Source: a virus. From it: a stretch of DNA of 64,000 bases. The notes below the pieces were generated by a model. The model made no database searches. It was given only the letters and a program-made list of their open reading frames with translations, and was not told the origin of the DNA. The position numbers and the translations under genes were made by a program. Shown piece after piece: positions 28,531 through 37,760 of this stretch. The stretch is taken from IMG/VR virus record IMGVR_UViG_3300047323_000545. One strand, given 5' to 3'. How positions within the stretch are numbered: the first letter of the stretch is position 1; the number at the start of each line of letters is the position of its first letter.

Positions 28531-28564
28531 GGTGAGTTGAGTCCTCTCGCTCGGCTCGGGCGCG

Positions 28565-29077
28565 TTAGCGCAGGCCGCCGATGGTGATCTTGGACGGGGA
28601 GTTGACCTTGAGCAGGCGGCCGACCGGCAGCGCGGAGATCGCGGTGGCGACAGCGCCGTTGGTGGCGAGCGCGAGCTTGCCTCGGCCCGTACCGGCGGTG
28701 ATCGCGTAGACGAGCTTCTCGGTGGTGCCGTTGGGCTCGGTCCAGGTCTGGGTGTCGTCGAACGCGGGTGAGAGGACCTCGAACTGAGCGTCCGAGCCCA
28801 TGACCCACACGGAGGTGGCGTTGACGCCGACGTCGAGCATCGGGTCGAAGCCGTCGCCGCCGACGTAGTCACCGGCGAGGCCGTAGGGGACGCCGGAGGC
28901 GCCGATGAGGCTGACCGTCTCGCCTGCGGTCTGCGACAGGACCATCCCGGGCCAGATCGGGATGCTGCGGTCCCACGCCGGGTCCAGGAACACGGACGCG
29001 GGGGTTGCCTGGGTCCAGGCGTAAAGCGGGCGCAGGGTGCGCTTGATGTGGGCCAGGTTTGCCCGCACGCGGATCAT
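28565..29077 (-). CDS. Capsid decoration/minor capsid protein
   Basis: 170 aa between scaffold and MCP, with its own late promoter. Confidence 0.7.
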   Translation of the reverse strand: MIRVRANLAHIKRTLRPLYAWTQATPASVFLDPAWDRSIPIWPGMVLSQTAGETVSLIGASGVPYGLAGDYVGGDGFDPMLDVGVNATSVWVMGSDAQFEVLSPAFDDTQTWTEPNGTTEKLVYAITAGTGRGKLALATNGAVATAISALPVGRLLKVNSPSKITIGGLR

Positions 29078-29131
29078 GTGTTCCGCCCTCCAGTGGGTCT
29101 CGGCTGGCCGCCGAGATCCGGCAGGCCGTCT

Positions 29132-29167
29132 TCACCCCCTAGGCGCGGGCAATGGGGGGTGAGACAG
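29132..29167 (-). promoter_or_regulatory. Putative late promoter for the capsid genes
   Basis: CTGTC-N22-AGGGGGTGA. Confidence 0.7.
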
Positions 29168-29196
29168 TGCCCAACGGCAAGGAATTTCTGGGGATA

Positions 29197-29235
29197 TACG
29201 AAAGGGCCCGGCGGAAGCCCGCCGAGCCCTTCGTA
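29197..29235 (-). terminator. Terminator hairpin after the scaffold gene
   Basis: tacgaaagggcccggcgg...ccgccgagcccttcgta. Confidence 0.6.
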
Positions 29236-29244
29236 TTTGGGGGG

Positions 29245-30117
29245 TCAGTCGAACAGGTCGGAGACCTCGTCGGTGCCCGCGAGCGGGGCCGCAGAGGCGG
29301 TCGCGTGGGCCGCCAGGGACGGCGCTACACGCTCTGCGCTGCGGGCCGCGACCCGGGCGCCCGACGGCGCGGTCCGGGCGGAGGCGGCCTTCATGACGCG
29401 GTCCAGGACGCCGATCTCACGGTTGATCAGCTCGTCGGAGAGGCTGGCGTCGGACTCCAGGCGTGCGGACACGGTGAGGTCGTCGCCGCTGGCGATACCG
29501 GCCTGGATCTGCAGGCGGGCCAGGCGCAGGCACGCGTGCGTGCGCGACGGACCACCGCTGGCACCGGCCATCTCACCCGTAGTCACCGGGTTGGAGTTGG
29601 ACTTGTTCTCGCTCATCGTCCAGGGGAAGGCGACGTCCCACTGGGCCGGGTCGCCGACGCGTACGTCGGTTTCGATGCGGGTCTCGTCCAGCGGGACCTC
29701 ACCGGTGTTGACGCCGGAGACCGGGGAGGTGACGTCCTGCAGGTTGCCGTACGGCTCGGCAGGGAGGGTGCCTCCCGGGGTGAGCGCGGTGTCGGTCGCT
29801 GCGGCCGGGACACCGGCGGTGGAGTTGCCGGTCTGGCCCGGGGAGCGGACGTCGTCGTTGGTCTCGGGGGTCGCGGCCTGCTCGGTCGTCTCCGACGGGG
29901 CCTGCTCCGGCCCGTCCGGGATCGGCTGGGCGGGGTTGGCGATGTCGGCCGTCTTGGAGAGGGCTTCGACCTCGCCGGTGACTCCGGCCAGCCGGGCGAT
30001 CAGCGCGATCTGCTTCCCCTGGACGGCGAGCTGCTGAGACTGGGCGGCCAGCTGCTTGCGCTGGTCGTCGATGACCAGCTGCTGGGCGGTCAGCGCTGCC
30101 ATGAGCGGTCGGCTCAT
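29245..30117 (-). CDS. Scaffolding-like protein
   Basis: N-terminal coiled coil, low-complexity middle, ends DEVSDLFD; between protease and capsid genes. Confidence 0.65.
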   Translation of the reverse strand: MSRPLMAALTAQQLVIDDQRKQLAAQSQQLAVQGKQIALIARLAGVTGEVEALSKTADIANPAQPIPDGPEQAPSETTEQAATPETNDDVRSPGQTGNSTAGVPAAATDTALTPGGTLPAEPYGNLQDVTSPVSGVNTGEVPLDETRIETDVRVGDPAQWDVAFPWTMSENKSNSNPVTTGEMAGASGGPSRTHACLRLARLQIQAGIASGDDLTVSARLESDASLSDELINREIGVLDRVMKAASARTAPSGARVAARSAERVAPSLAAHATASAAPLAGTDEVSDLFD

Positions 30118-30181
30118 ACTGGACACTCCTTCAAAGCCTGTGGCGCTCACGACGGCTGCCGTGGGCGGGGTCTTCACTGCT

Positions 30182-33100
30182 TCAGGTGCGCGGGAGCTGC
30201 GGGACAGCAGGCGGGGGGACAGAAGACTTGCCCTGCAGTTCTGCGGGGGTCAGCAGCTGCGCCTTGTTGCAGTTCGGGCAGACGTCCCCGGCGACGATGC
30301 CGTCGGTCGCGCCTGCCGCGTTGCCCATGTCCTGGGTCTGCGGTGCGGTCGCGTCCGCTCCGAACCCGCAGTGCAGGCAGTTCAGGTCCGGCACGCCGTC
30401 GCTGGGCTGGCCGTCCTTCGGCGTGCGCGGGGCCATCACGCTGAAGCGTCGGCGACGTGGGTCGTCCGGCTCCTCGGCCTGCTCCGGTCCCGGAGCCTCG
30501 TCGGACACGTCCCGGTTCCAGGACCAGTGCGGCGTCTCACTCTCGTCGCCGGTGTAGTCGCCGGGGTGCGCCAGGATCGGCTCCTGCGGAGACCCCATAC
30601 CGGGGCCCTGGAAGCCACTGTCGTCATCGTCTTCCTGCAGGCCGCCTTCGGGACCCTCAGGCCCCTGCATACGCGGCATGTCAGGGCCGGGGGTGAACGG
30701 GTCTCCCATGCGGTCCGTGGCGCGGCCGGGCAGCTCGCGCGGGCCTGCCTGGCCGCCCTGTTCCGGGTCGACCAACTGCGGCTGGGCGTTGACGTTGCCG
30801 TCCGGGTCGATCTCGTCCGGCTGGATCATGCCGTCGCCGTTGCGGTCGGAGACGGCCGGGCCCATCTGCTGGGTGCCGTCGAGCGCCTGGTCGCCGAACG
30901 GGGACGGCGGCAGGCCGTTCTCGTCGAGCTGGTCGGGGTCGACCATCTGCGGGTCGTCCTCGTCCAGCGGCTGCCCGTCGGGGCCCAACTGCTCCTCGCC
31001 GGGCTCCTCGCCCTGCTGCGGCATGCCGGTGCCGTCGTCGTTGACGCGCTGCAGTTCGCCGTTGTTGTCGACCAGGGAGGGGTCGACGATCTGCTTGCGC
31101 AGGTCGAGCTGCTTGGCCTTGTCCAGGTCCGGGTCGCGGAACTGCTCCGGCGGGTTGATGAACCCGCAGATCTGGCACTGGATCCCGTCGAAGGTGTCCT
31201 TGTCGCCGCAGACCGGGCAGTTCTCCTCGCGGAGCGTGTCGACGTCGGCCGGGGCCTTGATCTCCCCGTACGCCAGCGCGCTGATGGATCCATCGGCGTT
31301 GATCATGACGGCGTCAACCACCTTCGCCACGTGGGAGTTGCCCTGCTCCTTCAGCTCCGGCGCGTGCTCGCCCGCAAAGCCCTTCCAGTGGCCCTTGATG
31401 TTCTCCTCGGCCTTGTTACGCCCCGCGCCCAGGTTCTTGGCGCTGGCGTTCGCGTTGGCCTGGTCCTCGGCGGTGTTGAGGCGCTGGCGCACCAGCCAGG
31501 TCACGGCCTGCACCTGGTGTGCGGCGACCGGCTTGCCCTCCTTCTCGGAGATGGCGGCGGCGGCGTTGCGGTAGGTGTTGGCGGCGTGCTCGTAGTAGTG
31601 CCGGGCGTGCTTGCCGCTCTGGGCGCCAGGGAAGCCCTGGTGGGCGTCGTTCTCGACGTCGGTGATCCGGCGCCCGGCCGCCACGGACAGTGCGTGCCGG
31701 TCGACGACCACCCGGCCGGACAGCCGACGCTCGGCGCCGGACTTCTTCTCCTCGTCGGTCTGCGGTTCGTAGCCGCCGTGCTCGATGAGGTGCGCGAAGT
31801 CCTGGGTCTTCGGTGCCTTCAGGACCGGCTGGTGGTGCTCGCCGTCCATGATGCGCTGCGCCTTGTCGGCGTGCATGCCCATGGTGACGGTGTGCGCGGG
31901 CTTGTCCGGGTCGTCCTTGAGCGGCCGGACGGCCGCCTGCCGGTGGAAGGAGTGGGCCGCGTTGAACATGTTCATCGGCCAGTTGGTGCGCGGGCTGTAG
32001 GCCGACAGGACACCGGCGCCCTTGTGGGCGGCCTCTTCGTCGGTCTTGATGCTGGGGTCGAGCTTGGCGATGGCCTTGGCGACGTGGTGGGCGTCGCTGT
32101 ACCAGCGCATGCCCGAGTCCTTCTCCTCTGGCGTGGCCTGGTCCCAGTGCTTGACGATGTGGTCGTGGTGCAGCGGGACTTGCTTGTACCAGGGGTGGTC
32201 TCCGGCGGGCTCGTACGGCTGGCCGCGCTTCGGCTTCGGGGTGCCGTACTCGTCCAGTTCGGGCTCGGCCGCCTTCGGCGCGGGCTTCTTCGCAGCCGCC
32301 ATGGCCTCCAGCGCGGCGGTACGGCGGCGGCCGAACAGCTTCTGCTGCTCCCACTGCGGTGCGGCCGGAGCGGGAGCCTGGGCGCGCGTGCGGGACTTGG
32401 TGGTGCGCTGCCTTGGCGCGGGCTCGGCGCCGTGGAACGGGCCCTTGGAGCCGTCGCCGAACGGGGTACGCGGGTGCGGCGAGTGGGCGACGTAGGCAGG
32501 TACCGAGTCCATGCGGCGCTCGTACGCGGCCTGGGCGCGGTGGTGGCCGTCAGCAACCTGGTAGACGCCGTGGCGGTGCACCAGCACCAGCGGCGGCACC
32601 TTCTCCGGGTTCTCGGCGTAGCCCCGGCTGGCGTTCTCGACGCGGCCGTCGCCGCCGCCATGGTGCTTGAAGTCGATGTGCTGGGGGTTGATGTGCTGCA
32701 GGTGGAACTCCAGGCTGTGCACATCGGAGGACTCGTCGTGCGGGTCGTCGGGCCGGTTGTGGGCCAGGTGGTTGGCGGCCCAACCGATGCCCTCGCCGTC
32801 GGCGCCCTCAGCGGCCTCGCCGTGGTACTCGGGGTCGCCGTAGACGTGAGGGTGCCGCTCGCCGATCTCGTCCCACGAGAACGGGCCGGTGCTGTTGGCC
32901 TCCACCTGCAGGGCGTTGAGGCTCGGCTTCAGCGGCGTGAAGGGCTTCGAGTGCGACACCGCGTCCTCGCGGCGCTGCCGGTTCTCCGTGGTGCCCTCGA
33001 ACGGGACGTGCGGCACGGCGGGCTTGGCGTGGGAGACGGGGTGGGCGGGCTTCGGCTGGGGTGTCGCGTCCTCGCCGTCGTCGTCGCCCTCCAGGTCGTC

Positions 33101-33808
33101 GTGGTCCTCGAACTGGGAGTAGTCGGTCGCGGCCGTCTTCGAGGCGGCCTTGCCGAGGCCGGAGGTGTCCACGCCGAGGAAGTGCGCGGTGGGGTCGGCC
33201 GGGGGCTCGACGAGCACCGAGTTCTCGAAGAAGCGCAGGCCGAAGCAGGTCTCGCGGACCAGCTCGCCGACCTTCTTTCCGCCCGCCGTGGCGCGGAAGA
33301 TCCGCTTGCCCTTCAGATGGGGGATGTGGGAGCAGTAGTCGGCCGGGGTGCGGGCCTCGTTGCCGCAGGCGGAGCACACGGAGCGCTCGACGTCGCAGCC
33401 CATGGAGGTCCGGTCGATATGTCCGGCCAGGATCGCCTTGGCCAGCTTGGGGAACCGGGTGGCGTCGATCTCCATGAGGACTTCGGCCCAGGTGTCCGGC
33501 GAGCCGTCGGGGTTGCGGTCCTGGTGAAGGGCGGCGTCGATGATCACGCCTCGGGCACGCCGGTGGTTGTCATTGACGTGGTTCACGAAGACCGGCTTGC
33601 CGACGAACGTCTTGTACGACGCCGCGATCTCCTCGGCAGGAAACTCGTCGAAATTGTCGTTGCAGCGTGAACTGATCGCCCTGCTGCGTACGTACAAGTA
33701 GCCGGGGCGAGCCTCGTACTGGAACACCGCACGGTGGGCCGCCTTGGTGACGCGCTGCTGGTCGCCGAGGCTGGCGGCGATGATCTGGGCCGTGGCGAAC
33801 TTCAGCAC
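30182..33808 (-). CDS. Giant multidomain prohead protease (protease + ParB/Srx + HhH-glycosylase-like + Zn ribbons)
   Basis: GTG after GGAGG (VLKFATA). Protease motifs GKPVFVNH, TSMGC, FFENSVLVEPPADPTA; VADGHHR; GMRWY/SPR/PKT/VDRH/QAVTW; CPVC-CQIC and CLHC-CPNC. Confidence 0.8.
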   Translation of the reverse strand: MLKFATAQIIAASLGDQQRVTKAAHRAVFQYEARPGYLYVRSRAISSRCNDNFDEFPAEEIAASYKTFVGKPVFVNHVNDNHRRARGVIIDAALHQDRNPDGSPDTWAEVLMEIDATRFPKLAKAILAGHIDRTSMGCDVERSVCSACGNEARTPADYCSHIPHLKGKRIFRATAGGKKVGELVRETCFGLRFFENSVLVEPPADPTAHFLGVDTSGLGKAASKTAATDYSQFEDHDDLEGDDDGEDATPQPKPAHPVSHAKPAVPHVPFEGTTENRQRREDAVSHSKPFTPLKPSLNALQVEANSTGPFSWDEIGERHPHVYGDPEYHGEAAEGADGEGIGWAANHLAHNRPDDPHDESSDVHSLEFHLQHINPQHIDFKHHGGGDGRVENASRGYAENPEKVPPLVLVHRHGVYQVADGHHRAQAAYERRMDSVPAYVAHSPHPRTPFGDGSKGPFHGAEPAPRQRTTKSRTRAQAPAPAAPQWEQQKLFGRRRTAALEAMAAAKKPAPKAAEPELDEYGTPKPKRGQPYEPAGDHPWYKQVPLHHDHIVKHWDQATPEEKDSGMRWYSDAHHVAKAIAKLDPSIKTDEEAAHKGAGVLSAYSPRTNWPMNMFNAAHSFHRQAAVRPLKDDPDKPAHTVTMGMHADKAQRIMDGEHHQPVLKAPKTQDFAHLIEHGGYEPQTDEEKKSGAERRLSGRVVVDRHALSVAAGRRITDVENDAHQGFPGAQSGKHARHYYEHAANTYRNAAAAISEKEGKPVAAHQVQAVTWLVRQRLNTAEDQANANASAKNLGAGRNKAEENIKGHWKGFAGEHAPELKEQGNSHVAKVVDAVMINADGSISALAYGEIKAPADVDTLREENCPVCGDKDTFDGIQCQICGFINPPEQFRDPDLDKAKQLDLRKQIVDPSLVDNNGELQRVNDDGTGMPQQGEEPGEEQLGPDGQPLDEDDPQMVDPDQLDENGLPPSPFGDQALDGTQQMGPAVSDRNGDGMIQPDEIDPDGNVNAQPQLVDPEQGGQAGPRELPGRATDRMGDPFTPGPDMPRMQGPEGPEGGLQEDDDDSGFQGPGMGSPQEPILAHPGDYTGDESETPHWSWNRDVSDEAPGPEQAEEPDDPRRRRFSVMAPRTPKDGQPSDGVPDLNCLHCGFGADATAPQTQDMGNAAGATDGIVAGDVCPNCNKAQLLTPAELQGKSSVPPPAVPQLPRT

Positions 33809-33848
33809 ACCGGGTCCTCCTGTGCGGGCGGCGGCGCCTGGTGCGCCC

Positions 33849-33883
33849 TCGCCCCTTGGGGGTGGACGGGGTGTGGCGAACAG
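33849..33883 (-). promoter_or_regulatory. Putative late promoter
   Basis: CTGTT-N21-AAGGGGCGA. Confidence 0.7.
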
Positions 33884-34121
33884 GAGGGCAACCTGGGAGC
33901 CGTCGGTGGCAACAGATTGGAGAAGGAGGTGTGTAGACCTCATGAAGGGGAGAACCGATGGCCAGTGGTTCGGCACAATGCGAGATAAGGTCTCCGCTTG
34001 TCAGCCGAAGCGGAGGGTCCTCTTCCTCGCTTTGGCGACAAATAGACTTATTCTAAATTTACCGATACCGTTCATCCGGCGCGTCGTTGAACGATGCGAC
34101 GTCCCGCAGACGACATGCAGA

Positions 34122-34168
34122 GAGCCCCGGCCGACCTTCCTGGCAAGGAATCGGGTCGGCCGGGGCTC
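34122..34168. terminator. Strong hairpin downstream of the holin
   Basis: gagccccggccgacc...ggtcggccggggctc. Confidence 0.65.
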
Positions 34169-34200
34169 GGCTCCGGTCTACGTCAGCGGTAGATGGCGGT

Positions 34201-34503
34201 CTACGGCCGGTCTTCCGGAGTGGGATCCGACGTGGCGGTCGCCGGATCGGGGGTGCTGGCCTTGCGGTGCCGTCCCGTGTAGGTCGGCCTGGCAGTGGAG
34301 CCGAGGAGTAGCCCCGCGAGCGGCCAGCGTGACTGAAGCAGGTGGGCGAGCGTGTAGTACGCGGCGCCGAGGACCACGGTCAGCAGGCCGGTGAGGTTCT
34401 GCGTGAACTCGGCGCTGGCGTGGACGTTGTGCGAGGCGAGGAACGCCAGGACGAAGCCGACAGCCATCGGAACGACCGTACGGACAAGAGCGGGAGTAGG
34501 CAC
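34201..34503 (-). CDS. Putative holin
   Basis: ALVRTVVPMAVG...AAYYTLAHLLQSRWPLAGLLLG..PTY, typical of actinophage holins; two TMs. Confidence 0.72.
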   Translation of the reverse strand: MPTPALVRTVVPMAVGFVLAFLASHNVHASAEFTQNLTGLLTVVLGAAYYTLAHLLQSRWPLAGLLLGSTARPTYTGRHRKASTPDPATATSDPTPEDRP

Positions 34504-34529
34504 CTGAACTCCTTGGGCCAGGGGATGCT

Positions 34530-34564
34530 TCGCCCCTTGACGGCCCGCAGGTACGCCCGGACAG
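34530..34564 (-). promoter_or_regulatory. Putative late promoter
   Basis: CTGTC-N21-AAGGGGCGA. Confidence 0.72.
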
Positions 34565-34802
34565 CACCGGGCCCCGGGGATTCGGGCGGCCGTCACGGCT
34601 GTGCTCATGATGGATCGCCTCCCCCGTCAGCTCGTGTCTGTCAGTTTGCTGAGCTGATCGTATGACGCCGGGTGGTACTGGTGTCAACTTTCCATGCACC
34701 TCGGCTTGTTCTGAGCACCCGGGTGTATGGAAACCATGCATCGGCGCTAGGATCCAGGCATGGGTCAATTTTTTTCATCTCGACATAGGGAGGGGGGACC
34801 CG

Positions 34803-35378
34803 ATGCCTCTAGGTCGCAAGTTCCGCCAGCTGCATGCCTTGAAGCTCAGCCCTGATGGCAAGAAGTACGACATCAGTGTGATCGCCCGCGAGGCTTCAAG
34901 GTTGTACCGCGAGGAGAAAATTCTGCGGACGACCCAGGAGCTTCAGGCTGCCGGTGTCAGTATGAAGGAAATCGCACAGGCGTGCGAGACGATTCGCGCC
35001 GAGCCCGACGTGATCAACCGCCTGTACCTGTCTGAAGTGCGCGACGGCAAGAAGCGGGATGTGAAGTGGGGGGTCGTCGAGGCCCTCAGTCTCTTCTTCC
35101 GTGTCGAGACGGACTTCTGGCGCATCGGTGCCGACGCTACGGACAAGACGCGCAGGATCGAGAAGGAAGTGGAACTTATCCAGCTCGGCTTGCAGGTGGC
35201 CAAGGCCGCCCAGGCGCTCGATAAGCCTACGGACGGTGACCAAGAGAGCACGCAGGGCATGGAGTTGATCGGGGCCCTGCTGCGTGGAGGCCAAGAGAAG
35301 GACCCCGCGCAGGTGGAGAGCATCTTCCGCGTGGCCCTGATGGCCCTACAAGCGGCCCCCGAAGCAGAGACCGGATAG
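34803..35378 (+). CDS. HTH (Xre/EspR-like) DNA-binding protein
   Basis: INRLYLSEVRDGKKRDVKWGVVEALSLFFRVETDFW; GGAGG SD. Confidence 0.72.
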   Translation: MPLGRKFRQLHALKLSPDGKKYDISVIAREASRLYREEKILRTTQELQAAGVSMKEIAQACETIRAEPDVINRLYLSEVRDGKKRDVKWGVVEALSLFFRVETDFWRIGADATDKTRRIEKEVELIQLGLQVAKAAQALDKPTDGDQESTQGMELIGALLRGGQEKDPAQVESIFRVALMALQAAPEAETG

Positions 35379-35437
35379 CTCCATTGTCAGCCCCGTGCCT
35401 TACGCTGAGTGGCGTCAAGAGGCAGACTCGGTGATCA

Positions 35438-35995
35438 ATGGGGGCTTGGATGGGTGTGATGCGGAACCGGCGTGGCCTGAAGGGGACTTGGGACCAAGCA
35501 TTGACGAGGCTGGTGCTCCCCGCGTCTCCCTGGACGGCCGAGGACCTGCTGCGCGCGTACGTGGAGCAGGTGCGCGGTCGCAAGCTCATCCTCAGTCGCG
35601 ATCCAGTGGTGGCCTCGCCGAACGGCCCGAGCGGCATGTGGTTTCCCACGCCGGACACCGACCTCGTCTGGGCCCATCCCGCCATATCGGGCATACCGTA
35701 CAACCACGTCCTGGGGCACGAGCTTGGCCACATGGTCAACGGAGATGAGCCGGACCGACTCAACCTCACCAGCATCGTGCGCCTCTTGATGGGGGCCTGC
35801 ACCAGTACATCGGGCCTCCTCGCGGACGCCCTCTCCTCCGCCGGAGTCCTGTGCCGCGCCGACGGCACGAGCAGTGAGGACCGCGAACGGAAGGCCGAGA
35901 AATTCGGCTACTTCGCCGAGGGCTGGCTGGCCCAGAACGCCCCCCGCAAGGCCACCCTCCTGGAGGCGAATGTGCGAGAGAGCCTCGCCCTCTGA
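35438..35995 (+). CDS. ImmA/IrrE-like zinc metallopeptidase-fold protein
   Basis: PSGMWF...NHVLGHELGHM...ERKAEKFG (HExxH plus distal E). Confidence 0.8.
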   Translation: MGAWMGVMRNRRGLKGTWDQALTRLVLPASPWTAEDLLRAYVEQVRGRKLILSRDPVVASPNGPSGMWFPTPDTDLVWAHPAISGIPYNHVLGHELGHMVNGDEPDRLNLTSIVRLLMGACTSTSGLLADALSSAGVLCRADGTSSEDRERKAEKFGYFAEGWLAQNAPRKATLLEANVRESLAL

Positions 35996-36010
35996 CCGAG
36001 ATGAGTAACG

Positions 36011-37285
36011 GTGACCGCCACACCTGACCTGCCCGCCTGGATAGCCAGCATCCTCCTGACTCTGGAAGTCCTGAGGCGTCTCCCTGCCGCGCTCCGCAAC
36101 TCACGCAGCCGCCCTCTCTGGATCTTCTTCTTCGCCCTCGACATGGCGATGCTGGCGAAGATCCAGAGCGTTGGGGACTTCCTGTACGAGACCACCGGCG
36201 TAGACGACGTCGCCGTCCTGACCAAACACATCTTCGGGATCGCTGCCGTCGCCGGACTCCTGCGCTGGGTCACCAACGTCGTACCCGGCCGCATGGACGG
36301 CAGACGCGAGCCCCGCTACCGGATGGTCATCAGCAGCAACCCCCGGCGCATCGTGAGCTGGCTCTTCGTCGTCGCGGTGGTCGCCCTCTTTCCGATGGCA
36401 CAGCGGCGTACCGGCAACCAAGAGGACTCGGACTTCATCTTCGTCCAGGCCGGGCACTTCTGGGGCAGTCTGCAGATGCTGCTCTTCTACGCCTACCTGG
36501 TCTTCGGCCTGGTCTGCGCCTCCCTGACCTGTTCCGCCACGGCGCGCGAGCCGTCAGCCAAGGGCGCCTTCAAGTACGGCATGCAGGTCATGTCGCTGGG
36601 CTGCTCCTGTGGCTCGTTCTACGGCATCCTGCGCTCTGGCTACCTGATCGTCCGCCTCTTCAACAAACCGTTCCTCGGCGGCGACCAGTTCGTGAACGTC
36701 ACCTCCGACTTCGCCCTCGTCAGCGCAGTCCTCCTCATCGTCGGAGGCGCGGCGGCCCCGAAGCTGGAGCGCATAGACCACCTCATCAAGGCCCACGCCG
36801 CCATCAACGACCTGCGCCCGCTGTGGCTCACCCTGACCCGGGCAGTCCCCGAGGTGATCTACGACGACCAGGTCCCCCACCGCCGTCCCACCCGCACCCG
36901 CGATCTTCTGGACCGCCTGTACGACTTCTGGAACTGGAAGCACCTCGACCTGCGCCTGCGTAAGCGGATCCAGGAGATCCACGACGCCTCTCTCCACCTC
37001 GCCCCCTACGTGCCCACCGACCTGCGCGGGCGCGCCGAGACGGTCACTCGCGAACTTGGCCTGCCTTCGTACGTGGTGACCGCCTACCTCCTCCACACCG
37101 CCATCCGGCGCAAGAAGGATCACGAGGAGCCCTGCAGTGGTCAGTGCGAGTGCGAGGTCATCCTGCAGGCGACGGAGGACCTGTTCACCAGCACCTCGAA
37201 GCTGCTGCCGGTCGGGCACGCCATGCAGAACCCGCTTCAGATGGGCCTGATCAACCGGCGATTCACAGCGGCCGTGCACGCATAA
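36011..37285 (+). CDS. MAB_1171c-family multi-pass membrane protein
   Basis: About 7 TMs followed by LRPLWLTLTRAVPEV...LRKRIQEIHDASLHLAPY. Confidence 0.8.
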   Translation: MTATPDLPAWIASILLTLEVLRRLPAALRNSRSRPLWIFFFALDMAMLAKIQSVGDFLYETTGVDDVAVLTKHIFGIAAVAGLLRWVTNVVPGRMDGRREPRYRMVISSNPRRIVSWLFVVAVVALFPMAQRRTGNQEDSDFIFVQAGHFWGSLQMLLFYAYLVFGLVCASLTCSATAREPSAKGAFKYGMQVMSLGCSCGSFYGILRSGYLIVRLFNKPFLGGDQFVNVTSDFALVSAVLLIVGGAAAPKLERIDHLIKAHAAINDLRPLWLTLTRAVPEVIYDDQVPHRRPTRTRDLLDRLYDFWNWKHLDLRLRKRIQEIHDASLHLAPYVPTDLRGRAETVTRELGLPSYVVTAYLLHTAIRRKKDHEEPCSGQCECEVILQATEDLFTSTSKLLPVGHAMQNPLQMGLINRRFTAAVHA

Positions 37286-37287
37286 CG

Positions 37288-37326
37288 CCGTTGAGCCGCC
37301 TTTCAACGGAAAGACGGCTCAACGGT
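37288..37326. terminator. Bidirectional terminator
   Basis: ccgttgagccg...cggctcaacgg followed by a T-run, between convergent genes. Confidence 0.75.
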
Positions 37327-37337
37327 TTTCAGTTTTT

Positions 37338-37760
37338 TCATCCAGTGAGCAGCATCTGCAGGGCCGCCGTCGTCTCCTCCGGAGTCAGCGGCTGGCCCGA
37401 AGCGATCTTCTCCCGCAGCTGCGCCTGCGCCTTCTGCTCGTCCGTCATGCCGTAGTACGGGTCCGGCCTGTGCGTGGCCAGCACCTGCTTCACGGCCGCC
37501 AGGTCCGCCGAGGACGGCGTGACGTACAGCGTGATCGGGGTCTGCGCGCCGACCGGGACCGGCTCGCCCTCGTCGTCGAGCGGGAAGAAGGCCGCGAGCC
37601 GGACGTCCGGGCCGAGCGCCTCGGTGACCTCGTCCTGCAGCTGGCCGATCTGCAGGTCACGGGGCCAGGTGAAGCGCTGGCTGTCTCCTCGGAAGGGGCA
37701 CTTCGGGTCGCTGCCGTCGGCCGCCGTCTCAGCGGGGATCGGCTCGGCCACGTCGTCCAT
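37338..37760 (-). CDS. Hypothetical protein
   Basis: ATG overlaps the upstream stop (TGATG). Confidence 0.65.
   Translation of the reverse strand: MDDVAEPIPAETAADGSDPKCPFRGDSQRFTWPRDLQIGQLQDEVTEALGPDVRLAAFFPLDDEGEPVPVGAQTPITLYVTPSSADLAAVKQVLATHRPDPYYGMTDEQKAQAQLREKIASGQPLTPEETTAALQMLLTG

Noticed and set aside
29090-29101. CCAGTGGGTCTC partial match to the parS palindrome
   Set aside because: Half-site only, single copy; could be chance
30056-33670. 1204-aa plus-strand ORF (likewise 48999-52442, 43025-45397, 9605-11731, 4788-6737, 13315-15213, 79-1284)
   Set aside because: Antisense shadows of real minus-strand genes, produced by high GC3 bias; no motifs
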